Below are positions 27,101 through 42,867 of a DNA stretch of 64,000 nucleotides, one piece after another. Numbering within the stretch: the first letter of the stretch is position 1; every line of letters begins with the position of its first letter. Origin of the DNA: Balanoglossus misakiensis. Its lineage: Eukaryota; Animalia; Hemichordata. The notes under the pieces are model-generated. The model was not told the origin of the DNA. It was given only the letters and a program-made list of their open reading frames with translations, and searched no databases. The position numbers were made by a program, and so were the translations under genes. Location: positions 3,233,060 through 3,297,059 of the forward strand of contig CM082583.2 of NCBI GenBank assembly GCA_040954595.2. The letters are read 5' to 3'.

Positions 27101-28769
27101 ACATTACCGGTAGTTGATTTATTTCTGTTAATTTCATCAGTTTGTCTATTATTTCCTAACTGTAGATGAACTCGGTTGGAGACATTTTCTATCAAAGCTA
27201 TGCAAGCAGCCAGAATACAGGTGGGAAATATTGTGACAAGACTGCATGTTCTGGTCCAGGGTTACAAGCCAAGACATTAGAACAAATGAATGAGCAGAGA
27301 TGCAGAGCATGGCTGAAATCTGTTGTGCAGATGTACAAGGAAAAGACGGAGGAAGTCTGTCATCCTAATTTGGCAAAAATACAAAGGCTTGATGTTGGCA
27401 GGCAATTGGCAGGTATGGAAAGTATTGCAATATTAGGTTATTGATTCCAAAATCCATGACATGATGATGATGATGACGATGACGATGATAATGACGATGA
27501 TGCTTGCTTTGCAATTTAATTTGCATGCCATTATGACTGACATTGACTTCACATGTATTTATTTGTTCAATGTACTTCTTTGCTAGAAATGAGTCTGCTC
27601 AGACGTTCACATTCAGCATGTAGACTGTGCAACACAGATGGATCCAAGGATAGTGACACTTACGACGACAGCACAGATACTTGTCACATGTGTGGTTGGC
27701 CTGTATCTGAGAGTAGACAGTTACTTCAGTGTTACAAAGACAGGGTATCTGTGAATGGAACTGTATTTAAACTGACCAATGTAAACAATGAGGAGGAGGA
27801 TTTGCAACATGTGACAAATTTGGTGAAGCCCGAGGAATCTGAAGACCGAATGAGTCAGTTAATGTGGAATACTTGGCAATATGGATATGATCAGCTAGAC
27901 AATGTACCTGTAAGTTGACTCTTAATAATAACATCCATTAGTGGTCTTTCATACATGGAGTTAAATAAGTAGGGAATAAATTCTGCGTCCTTCTTTCAGT
28001 GCATTTTGTTGTGAAAATTTCAGACATTTTATATATATTTTCTGAAAAGTGCATATTGTGTGTGTGCAAAATTCATGTTATACACGTGGTAACTTTTTCA
28101 CACTGTAAAATATTGCTAAATATTCCTGTGCTGGAGTAACCATGGTAATTGTTGCCATCCTTGAAATTGTTTTTGCAGAACATGGAAGAATTGACAAGCA
28201 GTGAGTCTACAGTGACACCAACAAGAAAATCCAAAGGCTCTCCCAGGCCAGGAGGAAAATCACCCACGCCATCAGAAACTTCAAGAGGCACACCAGAGCC
28301 AGTGGTGAGACCAGGGACTCCTACAAGAAAAGCAAAAAGCCCCCCAGTAGCAGCCATGCAAACACCAACAGTATCAAGGACATTATCAAACTTACCGGTA
28401 CACCCATTATCTTCACCAATGCCCCCAACACCACATCTGTTACGTACTCCCACCAATGACTCTTTGATGGTGCCATGTGATTCCCTTGTCTCAGATTCTA
28501 CGACAGAAAACGCCCGTAGCACAGAATCTCTCTCTCGTGAAACTCCCACTGCACATTCCATCCCAACCATAGCAACCACCGCATGTGATGTTCATGATAA
28601 AACTGCTCACTCCATGCCAGATAACGCCCTCACAGCTCACGCTACACCAGGTACAACTCTGGACGAAACACCCACAACACACCAAGATGAAGTCCCACCA
28701 AAAGAGTCAGTCAGGAAGATTTTTACACCCAAAAGAGCAAAGAAAAGAAAGTCAGTGATGGGATTTTGA
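19056..28769 (+). CDS. TAF1C: TATA box-binding protein-associated factor RNA polymerase I subunit C-like, ~17 exons
   Basis: WRHTHFGSHPRLLMIADRTGMKMVDFR resembles TAF1C [37 protein letters not shown] motif; LLDERFPQKPV motif; S/T/P-rich tail ending KKRKSVMGF*, like TAF1C ..KPRMGF. Confidence 0.85.
19388..19476. mobile_element. Short TTAA-flanked MITE
   Basis: ttaa-agtgaaggggtcatcgcg ... gcgacgaccccttccct-ttaa; a related end occurs at ~38393. Confidence 0.45.
21092..21123. repeat. (GTT)n microsatellite
   Basis: direct tandem repeat. Confidence 0.9.
21661..22322 (+). other. U12-type (minor spliceosome) GT-AG intron in TAF1C
   Basis: 5'ss GTATCCTTTC; branch site TTTCCCTTAAC at 22302-22312, about 10 nt upstream of the 3' splice junction (AG 22321-22322); no polypyrimidine tract; frame continuous (..MDTL-N-LRRV..). 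Confidence 0.85.
22513..22766. mobile_element. MITE with ~37-bp TIRs (TAGTCTGGTCCCCTGCCCCA...)
   Basis: tagtctggtcccctgccccaatcccaccgctggctgc / gcagccagcggtgggaatggggcaggggaccagacta. Confidence 0.75.
23503..23578. repeat. Palindromic hairpin element
   Basis: gtgatctctgaccataatattgatgat / atcatcaatattatggtcagagatcac. Confidence 0.7.
24170..24609. mobile_element. TTAA-flanked non-autonomous DNA transposon
   Basis: ttaa-accccggtgcgg ... ccgcaccggggt-ttaa; shares its right TTAA with the adjacent fold-back element. Confidence 0.65.
24614..24872. mobile_element. Fold-back DNA transposon, copy 2
   Basis: Same terminus as 7518; its core is inverted relative to copy 1. Confidence 0.6.
25290..25465. 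repeat. Dispersed repeat (copies at ~19608-19770 and reversed at ~62935-63100)
   Basis: shared tgacacatga..ttgggcatgtt..ggtcatatct.cttgc.aatg.cac..tctggtgt..acctatt..tgtaatc..caaa.gggac...agtgtccttg. Confidence 0.65.
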
Positions 28770-31588
28770 AGACTTGTATTGAGTCTGTCTGTGCAGCTGA
28801 AGTTCTTTGTTAGATTATGTCCATGTTTGACAACATTTTATCTGTATATAATGTCAGTGTGTCACTTTCTAAAACATCATGTTTTAAAAGAAAGGTTTAT
28901 CATGTAACTTACGGGTAGTGTATCTATTTATGATATTTCAGACAAAATTAATACTGCAGTGTCTATGAGGGCAGGTTTTAAATCTTTGTTCGTCTGGACA
29001 TTTGAATATGTACAATATGAAAGTAACTGTTTAATGTACACACAGAGGACTTGTGGTTAACTCTCATGCTAAAGAAGAGAGAGAGTTCAGAGCATGCATT
29101 TGAAGTATTGTTTGCATCCAGAATTCCAGCTTGACTTTGTCCACCAATCATCATTGCATGCAGCAAGGTGATAGTCTCAGCAGTTGTTTCCCCATTTATC
29201 ACATGAGTATATGTCAGCCAATCATGAGAATAGACTAAGGCCAACGAAAAAATATGTGGTTCCGATAACCCGACCAACCGGTATCTTATTTTCAACCCTC
29301 CAGACCTTACTCTTTTTATGGGTATGTCAATGCAAAGTTTAATTCTGCGTTAAAAATACTAAGCAGAAGCAATATCATGTGAGACTTCAAATGACAGGGA
29401 TGTCTGTAAACCAAAGAAATAAAAAAAAAGATAAACATTTTCCTGCCTGCCTGCCTACCTACTTACCTTCCCTGTTTCTGGAAAGCATATGTTAATAGGA
29501 ACCACACAATCATTTTTTGTAACGATAATTTTGTTGGCATACATTTTGGAAAGTGCTGGCCATATCTGACAATCTTGGCGTGATGAATGTCCAACAGTCA
29601 TCAAATCAACCTGTCATTACCATTGTAGCAAACCACAACCTCGCGAGAATGGTCATTGCCATCAAAATAATACACTTCACAACATTTTGCCTGTACACCA
29701 CATTGCACTGAGTTATCTTATTTCATGGGGATGTCAAAGGAAAAATTGTTTTCATTCATTTCACAACACACATCAGATTTATTTTCAACATAATGCTAGA
29801 CTACATTTCACAAGCATTTAAAAATACAATTCAGAGTGTGTTCTTAAATGCATAGATCTGGAATGTGTAAAACAGACATTACTGGTATCACCTGCAAATA
29901 CATTCATAATGCATTTTAAATTGTTTTATATACTTCTGGATGGAGTTTTATTGAACTTTTAGGGAAATAAAACCTTTTTTTTAAATAAAATATTTGAAAA
30001 AGATCTGTGACCAATCTGAGTACATTTTGATTTCAGAGCAGTACAGGTAATTGGCTTGTTTGTCAAGTAATATCAATGTCTAACTTTCTATGCACAAAAC
30101 AGTTAACTATGATTTTTATGTGCAATTTGCTCATTTTTGACAAATCAAATCATGTTTATGGATTGCTTTGTGTATCATGAAGTCTTCAGTTATGTTTAAG
30201 TTCTGATATTTCTGGAGAAAAAGTATTGAAAGGAAATCAAAGTGTATGGACATGTCCCATATCACACTGCAAACCTCAATGGGGCAAGAATGTTGAATAA
30301 ATTACAGTGGCTTGTTCATATCATATGTAAAAGTACTTGCCTGCAATATTTTGTGTGTGTGTGTGTGTGTGTGTGCGTGTGCATGCATATACACATAATT
30401 TCTATGTACATGTTGGACTTAGCACAATTCTGACCCTAGGTATCTTTCAACAACTTGGGCATGAACTGCAGATATGAGCTACTAACTCAAAAATTCAACT
30501 TTGACAAGGAATTAATACATGTACTCAGTCAAAATTTATGTATCTCATTATTATATAAAAGTACTCTGGGATTCAACTTCACAAAGACATGTACTTCTTA
30601 AAATGTGCAAACTAAATTGATTCTTCCCAGTGATAAAGAGTTGCCTGAAACTGGGGTTTGCTGAACTCATCAATGATATGTTACACAAATTTAATCAGGA
30701 AATAAAGTTATAATAATCCAGCAACTTATAATCATCTTCAAAGTCAGAATTTTAATTACAGATTTTTAGTTCACACCATTTTCATTTCATTTTCTTGAAC
30801 CTGGACAAAATATTTTATACTGCAAGATCAGATAGCTTTCTATCTTGATTCACATACAGCTACACTCAGGATAACTTGTAACATTCTTACAAAGCAAAAT
30901 ATAAACAACTTCATGAATAAAAAAATGTCAAAATGTACAAGGCAACAGATTGGTCCCTTCAATCTTTCTTTTCTTTCTTATTTTGCCAATACATATACAT
31001 AAAACTTTGATACACATTTTATAAATCTATATTGAAATTAGAATATTGTCTTGTGATAGCAACAAAGCTATTAAAGTAAGAAGAAATACCAAATATACAA
31101 GTACTGTACAACTTCAATTTTGTACTCCATATGTTGCGTAAATGCAACATTTAACATCCTTTCGTGAGTGATTCTGAGAATGAGGGACAGTAACTAATTT
31201 TTTTCAAAATGTTTCAGTATTTTTGTTCCTGCTGCAGTTTCGTGTTCTAATTCCTAAAAAATCTTGAAAAAGTTACTATTCAAGTTGACAACGAGGGTCG
31301 TTTATATATGTTTGTTTACTAAGAACAGGCAGATGTCAACAACAACAAAACTAATACGTGTACTTGCTACACCATATACAGTGTTGACAAGCTGAATACT
31401 GGGTATTTCAACATGATGTTTCAGATCAAAAACTACTGAAAATTTTAGCAAAGTTTCAGCTGCTGTCCCCATAAAATACATGTATTAAAAGCAGTCCCAT
31501 CATAAATTGAACAGCTGGCAATAATAACTAGCTGTAATTGGCCAGTTTCCTGAGCCCCAGTAAATGATGCGACTTGTAGTCCAGAATG

Positions 31589-34500
31589 TTAATGGATATC
31601 ACTATTTGTACTGCTGTTTTGTAAATGTTCAGCTGCTCTCTCAGTTGCATCATCTGCTTGCTTCTGCAATTTTCTGCATTCATTAAGGACATCTGGGGGA
31701 AAAAATACAAATTGAAGGATTGAACTTCCCTGATTTTGCCAGATTGCCAACACAATACATGATTGTGCCTAACTGATTTGCAATGCTTGCAAGAAATGTT
31801 TAAACCCTGGCACGGCCAACAGAGGCAGTCATAAGCATTGGCAGATTTATCTGCATATTATTCTCTTTGTCCTAGTAAGTGGGCTATAGAGATGATCAGT
31901 CTGTCCTCACCCACCAGATGTAGAAGATGAGCTCTGAATAAATAAAATGCCACTGGTGCACAGTTTTCATTGTCAGACAAGGGAAAACATACATATATTT
32001 TCAGTGTATTTAATCCTGAAAACCTGACAACAGTAACACTTGAAAAAATATTATATATTATCATACATGCAACGCCTGTATTTGGCACTTTCTATTGTTC
32101 TCGCCCCGAAGATATTTTACGGTATTACACTGAGTGCAATATATCTTCACTCCGCGTCTCGAACTATTTTTGAGAACGCGCGGCACGACAGTTCACTGCG
32201 TGTGCGAGCGACATACGGGCATAGGACGCTAGTGGAGAGGGGTGTTGTAAAATTCGGTTATTAGAAGCTGTAATAAAGTTTTCAAATCTGGCGGTTTTGC
32301 CATGTTGAATGTATCATTTTTACTTCTTCGAAATTCTCAATGCAAAATAATTGTTAACATGATATTTTGAAAGAGAACATAGACAATTTTATTTAGAATG
32401 CGGATGTGCCCATCGTAATGAAAGCTGCCAACCCCCTTAAAATGATACTACGGCCCACACGTCATACGTCACAACATGGCTACTGCCGTGATCCCAGGGC
32501 GCACAGTTCAAATTTGAAATCGTTTTTTTCGGCGCATTTTCGCAAATCGTACTGTTTTATAGGTAGGCATGTATGATAAAGGGGTTATTACACGCATTCT
32601 CGTGATGTCCGTATTTTGACTCGTTGCTTCGCAACTCATCAAAATACAGACATCACTCGAATACGACGTGTTATCGACCAAAATTCGTGTAATAACCCCT
32701 AATAATATATAAAAAAAAGCAGCTAAAATTTAAATGATTGGGAATTGTGACAGAATTTTTACCTTGCAACTGTTTTTCGGCCTCTCTAACTGCAGTGTCA
32801 TCGGTTGGCTTGATATCCCAGAATGCACCACTCACCAGTGCAGATGGCATTTGGCATTCTTTGATTGGACCATCTCTGGGTGCTGAAATTAACCCCAGCA
32901 ACATGGTAATACAAGTTCCATAACAAAGAAGGTCAACATGACGACCTAAGTTTTCATCTCAGCTTCAAATCCTTACAGGAGGGAGAACTCAAATCCTTTG
33001 CTCAGTGACTTTGTTGTATACTTTTGAAGAAATAACACCTTTTTTAGGACAATCTCTACATGGTGCATGACATCAAGGGCTAATAAATACATGTATGACA
33101 CTTATCTTGACTTTTACTAGTGTTAGATGTAGTTGACATCCTCTCTGAATGTATTACAAAACTTGATCAGTATTACTAATTTATCCACTATATGTATTAG
33201 TTGAGCATCCTGTATTTGTATTTTCATTGTCATGTCTAAATCTTAAATATTTCTTGCATTAAATTTATTTTTGTTATGCATATTATAGTCAAGTTTTCAT
33301 CTTATTCATCTTTTCATAGCAACTCAAAACAAAAACAAAATGAAGATATTGCAATGCACACAACGACAAACAATTTGCCATTATTTTGATCACACCAATG
33401 CATAATTACCCTGGTATTAAACATTGACTGTGTTGGCCATAACAATGCATACTTACAATTCGACTGTATAGCAATATCCAATTCTTGGCATATCCTATAG
33501 AGTTCACTGCCACGCCCTGTGACTCTCTCCCCATCAAGTGTTTTCAGTCTTGGAAATATTATCAGTACTGTGTGTTTATATGATGTACTGTGACACAGCG
33601 GATTGGACAAATGATTCACACTGTCTACCAGGCGTAAACTTTCCAAGTCTTCCAACTCTGACAGACAACGCAGGCTATCAGTGCTGTTGAGTCACACAAA
33701 AAAATAAATATAATTTCAGTGAATTTTCTTCAAAAAATTATATGCACATTTTTATGTAAACTTTTGGATAAAGCAAGTCATTTTCAATGACACAATACCT
33801 ACCGGATGAAATGATTAAGAAAACATTGGAATCGTGGAGGAATGAAATTAATGTATTAGTCTGTAAGATGAGACGGGAAGTTACTGTAAAACAGGAAATT
33901 TTTGCGATAGGAAATTTTCAGGATATCAAAAGAGGCAACTATTACACGGCAAACATTCTATTGTACACATTGTTCTATAGCGACTATTTATTTTTGCATT
34001 TTTTTTTGCTCTCGCAAAGTTCGCGTAAATTTATTGTTCGCGAAAATTTCCTGTTTTACAGTATGTTGCATGGCAATTTGTCGGAAATGCTATCTACTTT
34101 TCACCTACCTGCCAATCAAATTTCCAGCAAGATTTAAAGACTGCAAACACTCCAGTTCTTTAAGTGGTTCTTTTTGAAACATTACAGAGAAAAAAATACT
34201 GGTTATTGCACAGGCGAAACAAATAAAGAAATAAATATCAAACGAGTGAAACAACTCGCCAAAATGAATAATCGGTCATTACCATTTATTCATTTTGGGT
34301 GAATTTTTACTCTCAGCCATATAATACAAGCGTGATGGAAGTTGTGTGTGGTTGAACGTTGATTCCCTATATATCCACATGTACATCAACATAAATGGTG
34401 TCTTGTATCAAACATAATTAATGGAAAAAGGTCAGTGAGAGAGACATTGTCCCCTTAAGACTTACCTACTGATGTAATTCTATTGGCTGCTAAATTCAAG

Positions 34501-36506
34501 TGAGTAAGTTTCTTTAGAGTGGCTAATGATTGCAGTCTGGATATGTCGTTGTAGGAGAGGTCCAACGTCTGAAGACCTGTACATTCACCAAGACTGCCTA
34601 GATCATCAATTCCTGACGAGAATGGGAGCATAATGTAAGTTTGCAGCGTATTTAAATTGCAAGTAAATGCCAGAATGGTGAGTGCTTGACAAAATTGGTT
34701 AGAAATAATACATCCATCTGTTGAACAGCAGACTGGTGTCATCTAAATCTCAGAATGCTAAGCTTCTAACATTTCATGTCCAAATACACATTGTATTTTA
34801 TATTATTTTTTTTTTTTAATTTCCATGATGACTTTGTAACCATCTGGCAGTTCATTCAAGTCTCAAGATGACAAGTTCAACACAAGGACAATGTAAGATA
34901 GCATTTGTATTTAAGGTACGAAAACCAGATGATTGTCAACCAGCTTTAAATCATGAGCTCTGAGACCAGTAATATGAATATGTTAGATAACATCTAAATG
35001 TATAACCACGCAAAATTGCACTACCAGAATGTGGTCAAACATGGTGAGTGGTGGCTGTGGTGTACACATTACCATGTGACATGAGCTGAATTTTGTACAT
35101 AAAACTTGTAGTGATAATAACAGTAAAAACAGTTTACCCTGTCTTCTTAATGTAAGAAAAGGTATACTAGCAAGGTCAAATTCTCCGCTCTTTGTTTTCA
35201 ACATCTGACTGGTGATACGACCATTTTCTGTTATCAAAATGGAAAAAAATCATTTTTTACGATTAAAACTTAATTTTGCTAATTTTTATATTTCTCACAC
35301 TGGTCGGGAATATTTTGTCCAATACTCACCTGTGGCTTGTTTGGGACAAAAAATCCCTAACATGTGTGAGAAATGTGAGATTCTATTTTTCCTCATTGTC
35401 ATGTCCTTTGTATTTTGTATGGGCTGGTTCTCACCTCCTCAGAGGGGAGGAAAGTGGAAGCACACAGAATGAATTTACAAAGACCAAGCAAATCTTCACA
35501 AAGGAGTACATCATGCATTTGCTGTCAGTCCTGGTGCTCACATAAACAGCACACAATACAATATGTACATGTATACTGCAGGTATGTGAGAGGTTCAAAA
35601 TCCCACTCTACTGTGGTTGAGATCATGAACATCAATCCTATTTAATATATTTTAAACACAAGTTTCATGAGGAAACTTTTTGTACTACATGATTGCATGT
35701 GCACTTGCCTCAAATTTGTTTGCAATTAAAACTTTAAGGTATTGTTGTGTTTCTGTCAGCCGTGAGCCCTGCGTACAGGTCATTGCGTTCCCGGTGTTGC
35801 TATGTTTTTGTTAGTAGTGGAAACGCAGCTGTACCATGGGGGAGGGGGGGATCAGCTGATTCCCCTACTGACATCAGCATACCCCCCCCCCTCCCCCTCG
35901 GCACAGCTTCGTTCCACTGCTATGTTTCTTTAACTTAGCCTGGTATCCAGACCGCAGTGTGTTTTAGAGTCACACCTGTAAGTGAATCTAAAACCATAGA
36001 CAGTCTACTGTCTATGCTAAAACACACTGCAGTTTGGATACCAGCCGGCTACTGTAAACTAGGATCACACAATTCACATTGGATAGGGACGCGTTCGAAA
36101 TAGAAGTGGCACTCGACATGGACGTTTACCATTAAAACTGTACAGTACATGATGATGATGATCTGCCATATGATCATATCCCTGCACGCAACACGTGTGT
36201 ATCTTGTTGCTATGACTACATCGCCATAAACACACAAAAATCTCGTTGGGGCAAGACCGGGATTAAAAATATGAGTAAAGGGATCTAAGCATTGTTTGGA
36301 AAGCCGTGTGTCTCTTCATTTGCGGACTGAGTTGGAATAAATAGCATAGACAAACCGGAAGTCAGACATGCTCGCCCGTATGGGAACATGACAGCGGTGA
36401 TATGTTGATCACATTCAATGACAATATTCGGATTATTCGGCCTCCCCGAAATACCCTAGCACATTATTTTCTACAAACATCGTTACTTACCAGGAGCACC
36501 AGCCAT
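31589..36506 (-). CDS. LRRC61: Leucine-rich repeat-containing protein 61, ~7 exons
   Basis: MAGAP|ENGRITSQMLKTKSGEFDLASI..GIDDLGSLGECTGLQTLDLSYN..LSNPLCHSTSYKHTV..PRLKTLDGERVTGRGSELYRICQELD..DVLNECRKLQKQADD..*; matches LRRC61 motifs; splice phases checked at several junctions are consistent. Confidence 0.9.
32580..32700. mobile_element. Palindromic MITE
   Basis: aggggttattacacg ... cgtgtaataacccct with further internal symmetry. Confidence 0.6.
34243..34454. mobile_element. Fold-back DNA transposon, copy 3 (right end)
   Basis: reverse complement of the 7518 terminus, ending ttgtcccc-ttaa. Confidence 0.55.
35936..36051. mobile_element. Palindromic MITE related to 18261-18363
   Basis: tagcctggtatccagaccgcagtgtgttttag ... 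ctaaaacacactgcagtttggataccag. Confidence 0.6.
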
Positions 36507-38141
36507 GTCAGCAAAGGAATAACTCTAATTTTATGACGGAATCAATTCACTATGCACTCAATTACACCATGGCGAATAAAACCCGGATTTGGCATGATCT
36601 TTCAAATTTGCCTCTGTTGGGCGACCCTTTTACGACAATCAGAAATATTTGTAAGAAAAACTATTTTCAATCGCTCGGTTTAAATTTTGTCAGGGATGCA
36701 TGATTATTATGTATAAAAATAACTTTTGATACGCAATCTCTATCGAGTATTTTTCTTCGTTTTCATCAAAATGACAGGCATAGTTTTACGACTGTCACTA
36801 GCAAGCATACCATCAGACGGCACTTTTATTATAGTGTACTAGGCGGACGTTTGATTTAAAGATTTTCGGGGCAAATGCTTCAAACTGAATTGTTTTAAAG
36901 TAGAACTTGGGGAAAATTATGGTCATAAAAGTTGGAAAACTGAACAATTCGCACTTACGCTAGCCTCCCCCAATAAAAAATTGGCCATAAAAAATTGGTC
37001 ATCCCTTACCGTTCGTACACAGACGAGCGCCACCAACGACAGTAACTGTACTTTCTCGCCTTCGTTGAACATGAAGTGCCAGTTCAGTGTAAAAATGAAA
37101 TATACCTGATTTGTATACATATACTTTACGCTGTGGAAATACACAACACAATACACACACTTTTATAAATGACTTTTAATCTGTTTGACTAAATTTTTAC
37201 TTCAGCACTGCACAAACAATATGCCATACGATGGTATATGGTGACACTGTTGTCATTCTGACAAAATATTTGACATTTTGTTGCTATTTCTTCACCAAAA
37301 TTAGACAAAACCCCGCTTGCATGCATCTTCACATCATTCTGAACAATTATTTTGATGATTCCCACTAGATCACGAGATTCAAGAGCTCATTGGTAGAAAA
37401 AAAAATCCTTCCAGTCATGTCTGCTAAATGGCTCTCACAAATGTTTGTAACAAATGTATATGACTGGTAGCATGACACTTACACGTATACATTACACTGT
37501 ACTTGTAGTGAGTTCAACTGAAATTTTGAAAAATAGCTCCAGATACAAAAAAAGACTAGCAGGTTGGATATTTTTTACACAAATCGTTATGCATACATGG
37601 TACATTAATTTGTCCTTGCACAACATATGAAGTTTCAAAGTGCAGAATGCGACATTTTCATTGTATTTTATATTTTCCCACGGTGGTGGCTGTATTCTTT
37701 TGCGGCAAAGCCTTATTATTTATCTGGTTAAAACATACACATGCACTTACAGTTTATGGTAATATTTGTATATACCGGTACTTCAGTGCATACATCTGTA
37801 TGGGCTAATATGAGTTGCAGCTCATGGGGCTTTAATGAACGTTGATATCGTGCCAGCCAACATTGTTAAAAAATAAAAGTCAAATACAAATTTCATACCA
37901 AAAGGTGTGATAAAAATAGTTGAATGCTCGGGTATGTACAGGTTGGTTCAAAACTTGTCATCTGTGAATAAGTCCCTGGTGCCACTGTAGCATCGATCTA
38001 CAGCCCAATACATATGTAAGCATCATGTAAGCGTCCTTTTTCGTATCTTACAGGGTAATGATACAGTGCATCTCATCAAACAACAAGGCAATACTGGGGT
38101 ATGATGTTGATATGTTACAATTTGCAAGTGACAATATGAAA

Positions 38142-38310
38142 AAGTAATGCTTTTCTGTTGGAGATTAACTAAAATGGCAACCCGTATTCACATGACCTGG
38201 AACAACTTCCGGTTTGGACAGAGTATATTACAAATCTGTACATGCATTTTGGTCAGAAAAGCGCTGCACGACTTTCCCGGTGTTATGTGTAGTCACTACA
38301 GTTTCTTTTT
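38142..38310. repeat. Dispersed repeat (second copy ~59611-59787)
   Basis: aagtaatgcttttctgttggagat..aaaatggcaacccg.attcacatgacctggaacaacttccggtttggacagagtatattacaaatctg shared. Confidence 0.8.
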
Positions 38311-40283
38311 CCAAACCAGCAAACGCTTTGCGACGACAGACAATATGGTAAAATGTATCTAGCCGCCGGGAGATAGGTGATCTCCGTACTATGTGAAGGG
38401 TCATCGCGTCGGTATTAACACCTCTTTACACTTTTACCCACACACTGTCCCGTGATCGCACAAAAATAACCACACGAGTGTCCCTCTTTCATAATTTCAC
38501 CGGGTTGCTATTCTTCTTCGTGCATTTAATTAAAAAAAAAACACCCTGGAAATGGGCGCTTGTTAAATTAGATGCAATATAGTGCAGTTTTGACGTTTCT
38601 TTCATTGTCGAATTAAACGATTGAAATAATTGCGATCATAGTGAAGATTGTGGGGCATGACATAGTCATCAGTGACCTATGGCCAATGCGATAGAAATCT
38701 GAGGTGACCTAGTACTAAATCAGTTTCGGAGATACCATGATTCATCTCTCTCTCCCTCCCTCTCTCTTTATGTGGGCACTCCTCCCCTCTCTCTCTATGA
38801 GGGCGCTATACTTCCGTTAGAAGTGAAGCAATCATGAAGTCACGTACCAACTACATGTACTAGTATGCAGAGGTCACTTTTATTAATAGCTCAAAGAGAT
38901 ATTTTGCTCTCGTTTGGCATTGCTTGTTCTCTATCAAAAGTTTACATAACTTTTGTAGCAATACAACTTTTATATAAAACCAAGGTTAAATTTCCTCACA
39001 TAGCAAGATACATTACTAATAAAAGATAATAAATACAGCTATGTATTTTTAGCGCATAAAACATGAAAATATAGTCTATGAGTTGTTCATTACGTGACAA
39101 CTTTTTATTTTTGTGAGTAGAAAAATCAACAATATCAAACATTTTTAGTGTTACTTTTGGTATTACCGTATAAAAATCTTCGTTTATCATCTAGAGTTAA
39201 GGTGGCATTGCATGAAAACTTGTGATTTTTGCCAAATTTTACTTTTTTACATAAATCGTTAGGCCTAATACTGACCCACATCCTGACTAATACGTCTTGG
39301 CGGAAATGGTGCATAATCACCCCAAAATAGCACTTTTCTGAATGAGTTCACAGCTTAACATATAGGTGTCAACAATGCAAATGGCCGTTTTTCTCAGTTT
39401 GCATTTTCGCTGCTCTTGACAACTTCAGACGAAAATAGCTTCGCTCTGCATTGGCCGAATTTGCTCAAATTTTAACTGGGGATTGTGTATGACCCATCCA
39501 ACAAAACGGTATTTTTGTTAGTCGATAAAGTGTCCCTGGCGGGAATAAACTCTGATTCAATACAACTCACCGTGAATTTGATCAAATTTTACTAAAAATC
39601 TAACTTTCAAACGCTGTTACTTCTCAATGGAAGCAGATAACGCAAAACAAAATTACCGTTTTTTTGCATGTGTACTCTAGTTTCGAATGACATATTAAGA
39701 TGCATGATGCATGGTCAACTTTTTTACCTAATTTAAATTGAATGACATAATATCAAAAAATGTTTTTTTTCACCCAAAATCGCCACCATTTCCGGGGATC
39801 AATAATATTTGCAACTCAAACAAAAGTTCAAAAACTCAGCTTCCAGAATATATATGGTTTATGGGGTTTTTAACGTTGTCTTTGATGAGAAATAGGCCTC
39901 TGAAAAAGTCTTAAAGTGTGGTACACAATCATTGAAAGATAAGAGAAGCTGACCTGACCTGCCTAGGCATTTATTTGGCGGGGAACTCGTGTTTATGACA
40001 GACTGTTTGAACGATTGGATGACCCGAGGCACACATGTACCTGCTACATGTCATGCGTCCATTTAGGCCACCCAGGTGAGTGTTGAAAACGGATGATTAG
40101 AATTCATTTCACAAAAGGCCTCCCTAGCTCAATGTTAATAGTCAAGGCATCGGGTTCAGCCGACTATCATATCTGTGCATCATGTACAATATACTTCAGA
40201 AGATTCACAGTAAATTTTTAGTGCGTATATGTGATTGTATTAAACTTCTCTGTAAAATAAGACACAATTAATAATCTCCGATG

Positions 40284-42867
<2,584 letters not shown>

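Noticed and set aside
28073-28579. 168-aa minus-strand ORF
   Set aside because: Antisense to the low-complexity last exon of TAF1C.
38880-39960. Probable non-autonomous transposon body between LRRC61 and the sulfotransferase (similar-looking stretches at 46.6-47.5 kb and 56.0-57.1 kb)
   Set aside because: No matching termini, second copy or coding remnant could be established in this window.
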